Positions 63,290 through 64,000 of a DNA stretch of 64,000 nucleotides are shown here, piece by piece (positions within the stretch are counted from its first letter, which is position 1; the number at the start of each line of letters is the position of its first letter). Origin of the DNA: Antedon mediterranea. Taxonomy: Eukaryota; Animalia; Echinodermata. The notes under the pieces were generated by a model. That model searched no databases and was not told the origin of the DNA. It was given only the letters and a program-made list of their open reading frames with translations. The stretch is taken from assembly GCF_964355755.1 (NCBI RefSeq), contig NC_092677.1, positions 22,679,175 through 22,743,174 of the forward strand. Direction: 5' to 3'. Position numbers and translations under genes: made by a program.

Positions 63290-64000
63290 TTTTTTTTTTT
63301 GTGATCTCGTAAATGTTTATGCTTAGCGCCCTCAATTTTAAGAAAACAGCAAGTTAGGAACAAAGTAGAACATTGTAAAGATGATGCCGATGTCTAGACC
63401 AACTTCAAAGGTGGACTTTGGCATATGAAGCCGAGTTTTTTAAATAGGGAAAAAACCCATAATAATAATCATATTATGTTTATGCTTTGGAACAAAAATG
63501 TGTGTTTTAATTACCTGGAATTGTTTAGATAGCAGACCATATTTTATTTCTTTTATTTAATGTTTTTATTTTATTACAACTGAACTTCTTTTTTTATTAT
63601 TTACACTTAATTGTTTATCATTGGACAGAGATAGAAACATTAATACCTAGCTTTAGAAACACTCAGAGTGAATAAATATGTTCTAGTGATAAAAAGTAAT
63701 ACAATGTGTATGCCTAGATTAATTATTTTTAATTATTGTGTTTAATAATCGATTATAGTTTATTTCTAAAAAATTTTGGGGTAATAAAAGAGAACAGTAG
63801 GCATGTGTAATCAATCAATCAATATTTATTATAATCAATAATATTTTACAAATAGTCGATCGTCAGTGGTCATAAGAGAAACATAGGCCTACAATAAATA
63901 CCAGTAACATTACAACTACGAAAGTATGTTTATTTTATTGAAAAAAAAAATTATTATTTTTATTATCTATTAATTTTATAAGCCTATTATTAAATAACCT

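Overview
AT-rich eukaryotic (metazoan, probably marine invertebrate) genomic DNA with spliceosomal introns; not prokaryotic. Four protein-coding genes could be reconstructed with phase-consistent GT-AG exons. (1) An Acinus/ACIN1-like gene on the minus strand (N-terminal SAP domain; runs off the left edge). (2) Head-to-head with it, a complete 14-coding-exon VPS9D1-like gene on the plus strand, with a probable U12-type minor intron. (3) A single-exon CHST1/3/5-type carbohydrate 6-O-sulfotransferase (minus). (4) A 4-exon JHAMT-like SAM-dependent methyltransferase (minus). Introns and intergenic DNA are dense with non-autonomous elements: Harbinger-like (TTA/TAA TSD), Kolobok-like (TTAA TSD), Tc1/pogo-like (TA TSD), 8-bp-TSD GG..CC foldback-like elements, Helentron/HINE-like elements, SINEs and CR1/L2-group LINE remnants, several of them nested. 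The most unusual structure is in VPS9D1 intron 11. There a CR1-group LINE has its reverse-transcriptase core replaced by a palindromic array of a 31-bp unit, and that cassette recurs in inverted orientation between two apparently identical 876-bp segments. All family assignments come from motif recall, without database searches.
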